Of a stretch of DNA of 64,000 nt, positions 1 to 12,599 are shown in pieces. Positions within the stretch are counted from its first letter, which is position 1, and the number at the start of each line of letters is the position of its first letter. The position numbers and the translations under genes were made by a program. Source of the stretch: Octopus sinensis (taxonomy: Eukaryota); the NCBI RefSeq assembly GCF_006345805.1, contig NC_043001.1, forward strand, positions 54,126,001-54,190,000, written 5' to 3'. The notes beneath the pieces were generated by a model that was given only the letters and a program-made list of their open reading frames with translations, was not told the DNA's origin and searched no databases.

Positions 1-124
1 ACTGACAATTCAATGAAAATAAGAGCACCACAACAAACCACCGCACATATCCAAGACACACAGAGCTGCGCTCGGTAGTGCAGTGCAAGCATGTGAGAAA
101 AATAAGACTACTGAATAACAATAA

Positions 125-232
125 CAATAATCCTTTCTGTGATAGGCATAAGGTCTGAAACTTTGGTGGGAGTGGGACAAGCGATTGCATCGACCCCACT
201 ACTCACCTGGAAATTAATTTATGAAATCCGAT
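125..232 (-). mobile_element. SINE family 1 3' fragment (tail type B), degenerate
   Basis: Reverse complement resembles the tail of the copies at 17465 and 27272 (ggggtcgat...cc aaa..ttc..ccttgtgcct..agaaa). Confidence 0.55.
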
Positions 233-254
233 TATGATAATAATAACAATAATG

Positions 255-333
<79 letters not shown>

Positions 334-342
334 TATAATAAT
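232..342. repeat. (TAA)n microsatellite
   Basis: Directly visible. Confidence 0.95.
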
Positions 343-1079
343 ACCTAGTCTCATTTCTTTTCTTGTGGCATTTATCTAAACCATTTTGTTAGCTACAATT
401 TTAAACAATAGCTTGGCTTTATACATGTAAACCAATAAAACATCTGTTGAGAATGCTTAATACTTCTCAACTGAAAATTTGATTATTTCAAAAACTACTT
501 CTTTGAAGAGCTTGCCAACAGTTTACTAACCATATTTCAACTACGATTTGAACTAACCCTAACCCTAACCCTAACCATGCATATAACAAGTTAGTAAGAC
601 TACAAGATGTACATTTTGTGGAAGATGATCCATAGTAAAACTTTAAGCTCTCTGCCAAACTTTTCCAAACTAAAATATATTCATACTCACAAAAAATTAC
701 CAAAAATATATAATTACATCACCAGGAGGCAACTTCAGAATATATGTGTAATATCCCTTACAGCTATATGACGCAGTTGTCACATTTACTAGTATCTTCG
801 TTATGTCTCTTTTCTTATCAGTACCAACAACATAAATTTTAATACATAACGTGATATAGAGAAATATGCGTCAAATAGAAGTTAGAATGCCTCTGCAATC
901 GTTTTTAAATATAAGTGCAAAATTTCCATGTTCATATTGCAGCTAATATGCAGAAGTTTTCTTCTACCGATGTATCTTAAGTTTATTTATCATACGTTGA
1001 GTAACATGCTTGAAGTTTTCTGACTTATGGATTAACATTATTCTCTTCAGTTGTCTTAAGCTGTTTTATAGCAGGTGCA

Positions 1080-1400
1080 GCTTGGGGGATTTTTACTTTG
1101 TTTCTTTTATAGGCTTTCAGTTGACTATTATTGCATAAGCTTCACGTTACGTTTTAGGAGCATGGATGTTTTAATGTCAAATGATAGATGTACAGCTTAT
1201 GGCTCACAACATTGTGATCAAAGGCATTATGCGTGGAAAGACCAGACCCGGAACGAGAATAATCTTATGTCTTCTGAACTTGTGCTGCGAGAGCGGTCTG
1301 ACAACCATGGCTCCAGTTTCGAAGGAAAACATGCAGAATCTCAACTACGTTTGAGATCATTAAGAGCAGTATACTGAATATGCACTTCTGATTAAATATA
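1080..1400 (+). mobile_element. Decayed LINE APE-endonuclease fragment
   Basis: Across frameshifts reads LGDF(Y) at ~1082 and RNE..LLNLCCESGLT at ~1250-1310, resembling LGDFN and RNxNGxxLLxxCxxxxL motifs of LINE endonucleases. Confidence 0.4.
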
Positions 1401-2617
1401 CAGTGCATTAACTGTAATATATTTTTAATCAGGGCATACACATCCTCGATATAATATTTAACGATAAAACTAAGTTTCATTATATTATAAAGCAAACTTC
1501 GATTAAAATTCTTTAAAAGAATTACCGTAATGGATAATAGATAAAATAGGTGCATTGTGAGAATTTTGGGGAATTTTTTTATTATTATTATTTATGTTTT
1601 ATCACAGAAAATCGGCTTCTTTCCCTTTCTAATGTGAGAATTGTTAACCAGACATTTATTATTCTTTCAATGTTAAATATATTCGGCGGAAGATATTTTA
1701 CCAAATCCAGATTTATGAAGTACCTCCATAAAGAAGGTAAAGAAGCAACATGTAATCCAAAATTACGATTAGGTGCCATTGGTACAGATGCAATAGGAAG
1801 TCTAAGATATGGTTCTTTAATAGAGTGGTAGAGTAAATTATATAAGTACTAGGTGAAGAAGATAAACCCAAAACAATAGCGGATAAAGTGAAGCAAAGCA
1901 AATGCAACAAAAAGAATTAAAAAATAATACTAAAAAGGGAAAATTAGGGGAATGGATGTATCAAAATATAAACTAAAAATAAAAAAACAATATTTTTATC
2001 ATCAAATAAACAATGAGAAGGAAAACCGAAAAGAAATTTATAATACAAGCAATCGAGAAAATTAACAATTACCACTTAAACTAAAAACGTATGATCTCTA
2101 AAATTTTGGACTTGGAAAATATGCAGGTGTTTTCATATCCATTTGTTCTCATGATTAATTATTGAGGGAATGATCTAAAAGTTTTGCTATAAAAAAGCTT
2201 TCATTACCACAAATTCCTGCCTCTTATCCAGGATGTTGCACTCTTAACATTACTCTTCTAGGTAAAGTACAGTTAGTTTTCCGTACGTCGTAAGGTGGTG
2301 CACTGCTCACTGTTAGTCACTTAATACTACACTTTGTTTATTTTAAGCTCCCAAATTAGCTTGCTTAATGGGGTCGATCTTTCTTTACTTCTATGTGTAA
2401 ATGATGACACGTGGTTATGATATCGAGCTTTAAAACTTATTGTACAACAGCCTATGTAATGGTAAACTGTGTTATCCATAATACGCGGGTATATATAAAC
2501 CAAGTTCTTAAGATATTTTTCATCTAATGGACATATATTAGGGTCCATACAGTAACAACTATTGTTGTTATTGTTATTGTTGTTGTTGCTGCTGTTCTTG
2601 TTCTTGTTCTTGCTGTT

Positions 2618-2765
2618 AAGGCGGTGAGCTAGCAAAATCCTTAATGCGCTAGGAGAATTTCTTAGCGGCATTTCGTCCGTCCTTACTTTCTGAGTTCAAA
2701 TTCCACCGAGGTCGACTTTGCTTTTAATCCTTTCGAGGTCAATAAAATAAGTACCAATTGATCAC
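2618..2765 (+). mobile_element. SINE family 1, 3'-truncated
   Basis: ggcggtgagct head, B-box-like gagttcaaattcc, body gtcgactttgc..atcctttcgaggtc..aagtacc. Confidence 0.8.
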
Positions 2766-3021
2766 CTTGTGTCAAAATTTGAAATCATTATTGTTGTTGC
2801 TTTTATTGTTGTTGTTCTTGTTGTTGTTATTGTAACTACTACTACTACTGCTATCGTTATTACCGTTACTACTATTATTATTGCTGTTGTTGTTGCCGCT
2901 ACCATTGTAGTTTTTTGCTATTGTTGCTATTGTTGCTATTACTACTCCTAAAATTATACCTGTTTCTATTATGATTATTGTTATTCATATCATCCTCATG
3001 ATTATTATTATTATTAATAAT

Positions 3022-3420
3022 AAGGCGGCGAGCTGGCAGAAACGTTAGCACGCCGGGCGAAATGCGTAGCCGTATTTCGTCTGCCGTTACGTTCTGAGTT
3101 CAAATTCCGCCGAGGTCAACTTTGTCTTTCATCCTTTCGGGGCCGATTAAATAAGTACCAGTTACGCACTGGAGTCGATATAATCGACTTAATCCATTTG
3201 TCTGTCCTTGTCCGTCCTCTCTGTGTTTAGCCCCTTGTGGGTAGTAAAGAAATAAGTATTTCACTCGTCGCTATGTTCTGAGTTCAAACTCCACCGAGAT
3301 TGACTTTGCCTTTCAACCTTTCGAGGGTTGATTAAATAAGTATCAGCTGCGCACTGGAGTTGACGTAATCGACTTAATCTCTTCCCCCAAATGTCAGTCC
3401 TTGTGCCTACAATAGAAAAT
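3022..3420 (+). mobile_element. SINE family 1 dimer (tail A unit plus head-less tail B unit)
   Basis: Head ggcggcgagctggcagaaacgttagcacgccgggcg; junction aaagaaataAGTATTTC at ~3255; second body and tail B to ~3420. Confidence 0.9.
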
Positions 3421-5060
3421 ATTATTATCATTATTAATTCCACCACTACCTTCATTACCATTGATGTTGCTGTTGTCCTTATCCCCATTATTGTTCTTTT
3501 TATTAGTATGTTTATCATGCTTGCTACACTTTTTCTTACTACTTAGGCCTGTTGTGACGTTAAGTATGAACTCTCTAAGTCTACGGATGTTCTGAGAAGC
3601 TATGACTTGTGCCAAGTTCCTAAGTGCTGAATATGTAATCTTAACTGAATGCTTACTAAACAACTTCCCGTATCGGCTTGATGGCGGAGAACGCTTCTCA
3701 AAGGCCGTGAAGAATTTTCTCGCCAAATTAGTGAGAATTTGAGTATATATCAGACTACTTGTTCTTATCTATCTCTCCTTTCTTTAGAGTTACTGCATTC
3801 ACCGCTATCTACTACATATTTTGGTGTAGGCTAATCTTCCCGCATAATGAGCAATTCTATTTTGACGATTATGGCTATCTCTGGCAACACTCTTCTTATC
3901 TTCCTCCAGTTGCTATTTATTGACATTAGACCTATTCTTTGGGGTGCGGTTAGATTTATCAGTGGATTTTCTAGAACTAGTGTTACTGCGTGAACGGCTA
4001 TGTTTATTTTCATTCCGCTTATCTAACTTTCTATTAGTTGAGGGTGTCTCTGTGTGCGCTGACCCAAACATACCACTCGTGTTATGATTAAATTTCCTAT
4101 TACATTCTGTACATCTATTCCTGGAATATATCCTTCTATTATTGTGAAAATCACCAGAGTCATAATACATCTAAATTTTAACATTACTCTCCTTGATAAA
4201 TGGTTCTTTGGGATGCATTTGTACACTGAAACCTGTTTTCGCTTGGATTAGGTTGCAATATCTCTCATACTGTTTGAAGATTCTAATTGACGTCTCCTTG
4301 ACTATAGATTTTATGATGCATTCGTATTAACCCGACTGGATACCTGTAAATCAACCAGTAAGTTGTAAGTCTCGCCCATTTATGTACATAAGCTGAGTAT
4401 TGTCGGAAGGCTTACTGAAGAATCTAAACATCATGATAATTCATTAGGTTATCAGTTCAAAACAGCGTAAATAAAGACATAAAATCTCAGTGATTATTGT
4501 AGCTATTTCCAATCAATTAAATAGTAGATAAAATTATTTTAGTATATTCTTAGTGTTTCATTACCTTACAAAATTTGCCAATGTCAAGTGAGCGTTTGCC
4601 AAAACAAAAATCCCATTACTTCAGTAGGTCAGAGAGGGATAAAAGTTAAATCCTTTTCTGTGGAGCTAACAATCTTTTTTAAAAACCTTTTATGAAATTG
4701 TGCATCAATAAAAAAACATATTAAGTCTGCTTACAATCTAACTTTGCTTTTCATAGAACTCTCTTCGATACTTCATGGGTGTAGCCGCACCCCCTAGGAT
4801 GTTTGGAAAACTTTTATGTGTTTTGGCTGATGAATACGGGACACTTGTAGTTGCTGCAATATTTGCAGCTTTTAATAAATCTGTTCTTCGTATGAAACAA
4901 TTGTACTGAACAACTAATCCATTCTTGTTGCTTTTTTCTTGTTTATAATCACCCAACATTATTTTATGGTTAATACCATAAAGATTTCTGGTGCATCTAA
5001 GTTAAGTACCACATTCATGTGAATTCATTGGAACTCACTTGAATCTTAATTGTTTTACTG

Positions 5061-5106
<46 letters not shown>

Positions 5107-5137
5107 ATAAGAAAGAAAGTTATTGGTAGAGCATTAT

Positions 5138-5391
5138 ATATTTGAACAATGAGTAGAGATAACTTTTATTTTGATAAAAATGTTTACAGCGAGTGATACT
5201 GGTGAGCGTTTCAAGCTTTAAATAGCTATTTTCAAACTGAAAAAGAAAAAAAAATGCTTGTTTGATATTTTTTTTTAGTTTGAAAACAGCTATTTGAAGC
5301 TTCAAACTCATACCACAGTCACTCATTGTAAACATTACTATTAGAATTAAAATTGTCCAAAAACAGCCATCTCTACTCATTTTCAAAATAT
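5138..5391. mobile_element. Foldback MITE-like inverted repeat
   Basis: Left arm tgtttacagcgagtgatactggtgagcgtttcaagctttaaatagctattttcaaactgaaaaa is complementary to right arm ttttttagtttgaaaacagctatttgaagcttcaaactcataccacagtcactcattgtaaaca; outer arms atatttgaacaatgagtagagat / atctctactcattttcaaaatat. Confidence 0.8.
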
Positions 5392-5744
5392 GTGTGTGTG
5401 TGTATTTGCACGTACGTGGATAACAGTTAGATAGAAACAGAAAGATGCTTATTTTCTCTGTGTAAGAGAAAGTTCGGCTACAGTGTATGTGTTTGTATTT
5501 GAGTGTGTACGTATGGGTGTGTGTGTGCGCGCGCGTGTATTCAAAAAGATTATTCAGTCAGACTCTGAGGGCGGTCAAATAAAAAATCGAGTGCCGTAAA
5601 TGTTGCTTCGGAATAATTCATGATCTATTGTTAATTTCAACTGAAGCCATCATAGAGACTTAAGTTTTTAACTTGAATGTTATTTCACTTTTCAAAGTTG
5701 ATTGATTCGACTTAACTGAAACACTGTTTGTTTAAAAACCATAA

Positions 5745-5770
5745 TTATTGTTCTTCATTTCTTTTTGCAG
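5745..5770 (+). promoter_or_regulatory. 3' splice acceptor of the receptor coding exon (5' UTR intron)
   Basis: Pyrimidine tract gttcttcatttctttttgcAG ending 5770, 88 nt before the ATG. Confidence 0.7.
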
Positions 5771-5816
5771 AATATAATTCGGCTTGAAATTCTGGAAAAG
5801 ACACAAAAGCAAAAGG

Positions 5817-5843
5817 ATGCGCAATACAAACCAAAAGAAATAA
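5817..5843 (+). promoter_or_regulatory. Upstream ORF MRNTNQKK*, in frame with the receptor
   Basis: ATG 5817 (A at -3), TAA 5841-5843, 42 nt upstream of the main ATG. Confidence 0.6.
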
Positions 5844-5858
5844 ATAAATTTAACGGCA

Positions 5859-7052
5859 ATGTCTGTAACAAGTGATTACCTGATGAAAGAGGAGATGACA
5901 AATACAGATTCCAGTACAGACTGGGAAACAACTTCTCCGTCTATACTGAGAAACATTTATCCTTTTATAATTAAAAGAGAATCAATTGATGAAATTGCAG
6001 TACCTATCCTCGGTTATATAGCTCCGCCAGTCGCTGTCATCACAATTATTACAAACTCCCTAGTAGTGATCGTTCTCATGAAAAGAAACATGAAATCCCC
6101 TACAAACTGTGTGCTTATTGGTATGGCGTTATCTGACATGTTTACTGGAGTTATACCTATGCCCTTGTATCTTTATTTCTACGCAGCAGGCTATTATCAA
6201 GATTATGTACCAAACTGGTGTTGCAGAATCTACCACGTATTTACACTACATATACCCACTATATTCCACACAGCTTCAATCTGGTTAACCCTCACTCTGG
6301 CAATACAGCGTTACATATATATCTGCCATTCGTTCCGTGCACGCACTTGGTGTACTATAAATAACGTTATCAAGGGAACTGTTGCTATATACTTCATTGC
6401 CATTCTTTTCCACCTTACAAGATTTTTTGAATATGACTTTGAATCAGTTGAGCTGATGTCGTTGCTTCATAGAAACCAAACGGTTATTGGTTGCTATATT
6501 CTTCGGTCACAGTGGCTTGTCAATTGGATAGATTTATACTATAATGTATATTTCTGGTTTCGCGTGATATTCGTTCATTTAATACCATGCACAGCGTTAG
6601 TTGTGCTCAACGGTTTGCTTATACACGCCATGACACTTGCTAAGAGGCGAAGGAAATTATTGATTAAACAAAACAAACGAAACGAATCCAAAAAGATTAA
6701 AGATACAAATTGCACAACTCTGATGTTAGTTGCAGTTGTCTTTTTATTTTTGCTGGTTGAGGTGCCCCTGGGTATTTTAATGATAATTACCATCCTGCAG
6801 AACACGTTAAAAATCACCATTTTTGCGGACAATGTTATCTTTGTGACCAGTTCCATAATAAACATGATGATCATGCTATCGTACCCATTAAACTTCTTTA
6901 TATATTGTGCCATGAGCAAACAGTTTCGAAACACATTCAAACGCATGTTTTGCGGCGGCCCATTACCGATTGATCGAGAAAGTTCCCAATACATGACATT
7001 GCCAACTGAAAACGGCAAAACAATCGTTACTACAGATGAAACAAAGCTTTGA
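5859..7052 (+). CDS. SPR: Class A neuropeptide GPCR, sex peptide receptor / myoinhibitory peptide (allatostatin-B, Wamide) receptor family, 397 aa, uninterrupted CDS
   Basis: Seven hydrophobic segments; SPR-typical motifs MKSPTN, MALSDMFT, FHTASIWLTLTLAIQRYIYICH, ARTWCT, YFWFRVIFVHLIPC, NCTTLML..V..FLLVEVP, NFFIYCAMSKQFR; C-terminal ETKL. Confidence 0.93.
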   Translation: MSVTSDYLMKEEMTNTDSSTDWETTSPSILRNIYPFIIKRESIDEIAVPILGYIAPPVAVITIITNSLVVIVLMKRNMKSPTNCVLIGMALSDMFTGVIPMPLYLYFYAAGYYQDYVPNWCCRIYHVFTLHIPTIFHTASIWLTLTLAIQRYIYICHSFRARTWCTINNVIKGTVAIYFIAILFHLTRFFEYDFESVELMSLLHRNQTVIGCYILRSQWLVNWIDLYYNVYFWFRVIFVHLIPCTALVVLNGLLIHAMTLAKRRRKLLIKQNKRNESKKIKDTNCTTLMLVAVVFLFLLVEVPLGILMIITILQNTLKITIFADNVIFVTSSIINMMIMLSYPLNFFIYCAMSKQFRNTFKRMFCGGPLPIDRESSQYMTLPTENGKTIVTTDETKL

Positions 7053-7239
7053 AACAATTTTATATTCTGTGGACTATTTCTTTTTGAAAGGATACGCCAA
7101 GATGCAAATGTAGAGCTGTTAACCTGCAAGTCTACAGTAGAACCAAGATAGAAGATAGAATACATTCAAAAATATTATCGAACACAAGTTGTAAAAGTTT
7201 AAACACCTGAAGATATAAATTAATGCATAAAATATATTG

Positions 7240-8119
<880 letters not shown>

Positions 8120-8340
8120 CTATATGTTCATAGAAATAATTCTATTTTGTCCATATGTTTTTGAATGTGAGCTTGTTTGTGAATATATTGTTAGTGCATG
8201 TGCATTTTCTGTTGAGATTCGGTAGATTATCAAGGTTTTGTTGAGTACACTTATCGTTCAGTTCTACCATCATCGATCATATTAAGTAAAAGATTTCAAA
8301 TATGTGCGTGTGCATGCTGAAACATGTATGTGTGCGCGGT

Positions 8341-8455
8341 TGTGTGTGTGTGTATAAGTGAGTGCGCGCGTATATATATGTGTGTGTATAAGTGAGTGCG
8401 CGCACATATATATGTGTGCGTGTATAAGTAAGTGCGCGCGCATATATCTGTGTGC
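8341..8455. repeat. 34-36 bp minisatellite, 3 copies
   Basis: tgtataagt(g/a)agtgcgcgc..atatat repeats at 8351, 8385, 8421. Confidence 0.8.
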
Positions 8456-10522
8456 TTGTGTTTCTGAGTGTTTGAGCTGAGTGAAAGAGAGGCAGAAAGA
8501 GAGTGGATGAGAAAGTAAGAGTTGTATTTTGTTGTTTGCAGTTTCTCTTCGCGAAACGTGAATTTAGAACACGCCTGTATAATCTGGTTAACAAGTGCAA
8601 TGCAGAAATATTTCTAAGCCATCTTCCTTGTATGTATTTGATAGGCAGTGAAAAACATTGATTTCCCATATGACACTGGATGGAAAAATGTTGAGTAACT
8701 TACACCCATTAAAATTTATTTTATCAGGAAATTTTCGAGTAGATAAGTGAATATATTTTAGAACTGTCTTTGTCCATTGAATATATTTATAAAATTAATA
8801 ATCAAGTTATTTTTGGCATTATGTTATATCATTGGCGTCTCTGTATATATCTACACTACCAATCAAACTTGAGTAAATGTTGTTTTACACTTAATATTCC
8901 AAGTGTTATAAATTATATAAGACGTCATTCTACCATTTTGCGTTTGTTTAAGCATTTGATATTTTGTCATATATAAGTGGAAATTTAAGATTCCCTGATG
9001 AATTCAATAGCGTGTAGAATGGTGGTTTGTGGAACTGGAATATTGATAAGTGGTTTAATGATGTATACGGAGGTGATATAGTGTACTGATTGACACCTAT
9101 TGATATTAATAAAAGAACATTAGCAACGTAGACTGTACATGGAAGTTTGCAACTACCATAATGGCAATTGAAATTATAAACTATAACAAGTTAATGGGAA
9201 ATCTTTTATTACCTCAGTACTTGTCTTAGTAAGCACATTGTACTTTGAAGTGGGATCTTGCCACTTCAGAATGATATTGATGATTTCAAAATAAGATTTT
9301 TGACGCTCCAAAATGAGAATTGTAAAAGTGAGATTAGTAATTTAAAACCAACACTGAAATTTTAATAGAAATCTCAAAACATCGTAATTATATTTATGTC
9401 GACAATGTGAATTTGCCTGCTTAATTAAAAAATTTCATCACACAAGCAACGAGGCAAGAAGCTCATCATATGGTTGTAATACCTTCCGATTTTTTTTCTG
9501 AAGGGTAAGTATGTCAATTAATGGTACAATTTTCTGAGAATATTACATCGGTTTGTGACTTTTGTAGCTTCTGCAAGGCTGTTCAGGGCTTCTACGGAAA
9601 TATCTTATAGGGAAAGTTCTGACTTTCATAGGTCTTTTTTTTTAATACATGCGTAGTGATCGACTACAGGATTAAGCACAGGCGAATGCACTGGCAGTTA
9701 GCATTTTAAACAGTGATTGTAAATTTTGAATAATCCAGGGACGAATGTTATGGCAAAGAAACACTGTTTAGTGACTAAGCAGTCTTAAGTCATTTTGAGC
9801 TTTGTTTAACTAATATGTGCTTACTTTAAAATCGCTATACTCGCATTGCTGTCATGCGCTCACATAGAATAACTTATACTGTAGCAGTTGCATTCATTGT
9901 GTCAGTTTACTCTAGTTTATGATAACGGTTCCGTTTATAATTTGCTTTAACAATGTAGGTTATTTGAATAAATACGTTACTGCACTGATTGGTATTTTAT
10001 AACATATCGTGGACATTTACGTGGGTAATTTGCAGTTTGATGTGTCTTCTGATATTGCTGGATTTTTGTTTGAGCCTTACCAAAGTAGTATATCACGTTG
10101 TGCTACGATCAGCTTTATTAAATAAAATTTAATTTGTTTTTATTTACTATTGTTGTTCAATCATACAAAAATGAGATATTGTCCTTGTATAAATTACACT
10201 AGGAATGCCACATTCAAAATTCGATGCTGCCTAACAGCTGCTATGAAAGAAGACAGAATACATCCTGAAAAACAAGTAAAAGATATTAGAAAAATTGAAT
10301 CCAACCTGTTCAGCAGCCGTACATTATTTATATCTTTGAATTAAACAATTGCATTACTGTTTTACATAGGGTCTACATTAAACTTGTTAACCAGAGAGGC
10401 ATCAAAGATTTCCAGGAGTACACCTGTATAAATATAAGCATACTTATACAGACTCCTGTAGACAATTACATACATATATATAAGGTATATACGTGTATGT
10501 AAACAGATATACGTATATATAC

Positions 10523-10594
<72 letters not shown>

Positions 10595-10610
10595 GTATAT
10601 ATGCATGTAT

Positions 10611-10663
<53 letters not shown>

Positions 10664-11044
10664 TGTATGTATATACAGAAAGAGATAGAGAGTGAGAGAA
10701 AGAAACGGAGGGAGAGAGGGAGGGGTAGAAAAGGAAAAGAATATATCTACTTTTCTGTTTTGAAAACAGATACAGCAAAATAATACTCATTTATGTCTTT
10801 TCATTTGCACGTTTGCACATAGCCATATTAAGATACCAAAAAGTTGAAGTTTGTTTTCACACAAAATAAAAACTGTATTTTGATATAGATTTTTGATTAT
10901 CAGAATAATGTTTCTGAACGAAAATGAAAATTATATATAAAAGAAATGCTTTAAATAATTTAAGGTTGCTATATATATATATATATTATATATATATATA
11001 TATATAATATTATATATATATATATATGCATGTATGTATGCATG

Positions 11045-11079
<35 letters not shown>

Positions 11080-11496
11080 CTGTGTGTGTGTATACATATA
11101 TATACATACACACACACATACATATATATATACAGTGTTCTAATCTATCATTGGAATTGCCACTTATTATTATAGTTTCCGTTTGTATTGATTATTACAG
11201 ACCCTAAAATGTCTGTATAAAGTATTAAGTATTTGTATTATTATCCTCTGTGTGTAACTATAATACATAAATGCAGAAACAAAGAAATATATCTAATAAT
11301 AGAAGTAAAAGGTTGAATGCAACTGATAAGACGTTTCAAAGCCAAGTTAAAACGTTGCAGTTTAGATCGGTTTTTAACGCTATTTCCTAGAAGGCATTAA
11401 TATACTTGGGAAAACATAAAGCTTACGTCATATATTTAAAACGCTTATAACGAATGCTACAATTGGGCTTGTCTGAATTAAACAAGACTACCCCAT

Positions 11497-11530
<34 letters not shown>

Positions 11531-11660
11531 TATATATATATTAATTGATAAATATCTAATCATTTATTATGCAGCATCCGTGTGCAAAATCATATATTAT
11601 ATATATATGTATGTATGTATGTATATGCATATATATCTGTGTGTGTATACGTATATATAT

Positions 11661-11714
<54 letters not shown>

Positions 11715-12599
11715 GATATTTTTGCCTTGAATCTAGTTTGAAATGCAAGCAGAATTATGTTTAATGTATCTTGTGTATATGAATGAATACATGCATTTAT
11801 ATATATATATATATTATGTATGTGTGCATGTGTGCGTCTCTAGATTAAATTCTTCACTCAATAGCTTTTGGGAGATTCACATGCTTTTGAGTGTTTAGGC
11901 TCTCTGACAACGATGCATTGCGCACGAGTGAAGTGAAGCTGAGGAACTATCAATGGAATTATCGAGTTTACACAAAAGCTTAACTTCATAAACTGTTTTC
12001 CTTTTGTTTTTAAAGGTAATCATGTTTTGTTTACAAATGAATTGTATGTGTATGTGTGTGTTGATGTTTATATATATACAGTGCGTACGTATATATCTAT
12101 ACCTGTTGAAGCAACAGAAAGTGTACAGTGAAGGTGCCGCAATTTCTGGAGTATGCAACGTTTCGGACAGTGTTCTTCTTCAAGCTTAAAGGTGACTTGT
12201 GGAAAAGAAAATAAAAAAAAGTTTTCTATCCTCTGAGAAGCTGTAATTGAGGCAAGGAAAAGGAAAGACAACTGAAATCAGGAGGAAGATGGGTGAAGGT
12301 GGAAAAATTGAAACGAGAGGAGAGCTGAGAAATAAGATTGAGATCACTGAACTCAAAGAAGGTGCAGAAGTAGACGGTAAAGGTGTTTCGTCGAGTATGC
12401 ATATCTATCGTGGATGTAGATGCATCATACTGATAAATATAGAACGGAAGGGCACGTTTTGTTAAGTGAGTGGCGACAGGTTGGCCTGTCATATGCCGTT
12501 TTGTATATCGCTTGTGCTCCTGAAAGCAAACAGCAAACAATGGCGTATTTCCTTATTGTAAGTATATATGTGCATATGTAAGTGAAATATAGCAGAAAG

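Larger units (their letters stand above)
2200..3800 (-). mobile_element. Penelope-like element remnant (linker plus GIY-YIG endonuclease), split by SINEs and trinucleotide expansions
   Basis: ORF 3394-3726 TNLARKFFTAFEKRSPPSSRYGKLFSKHSVKITYSALRNLAQVIASQN matches the PLE linker; ORF 2327-2671 CYCMDPNICPLD..VY..YIGCCTISFKARYHNHVSSFTH..STPLSKLIWELK is a GIY-YIG domain; C-terminal APPY..NC-L..ILDKRQEF continues to ~2200. Confidence 0.8.

Noticed and set aside
553-576. Four CCCTAA telomere-type units
   Set aside because: Too short to indicate a telomere or fusion; no supporting context.
1740-1910. Possible RTE C-terminal remnant (KPKTIADKVKQ)
   Set aside because: Similarity too short to support a call.
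3800-4400. Lys/Arg/Ser-rich ORFs with CxxC..H
   Set aside because: Spacing does not fit CCHC; may be upstream Penelope sequence but could not be aligned by eye.
6575-7165. 196-aa antisense ORF over the receptor
   Set aside because: Shadow of the GPCR codon structure; no recognisable motif.
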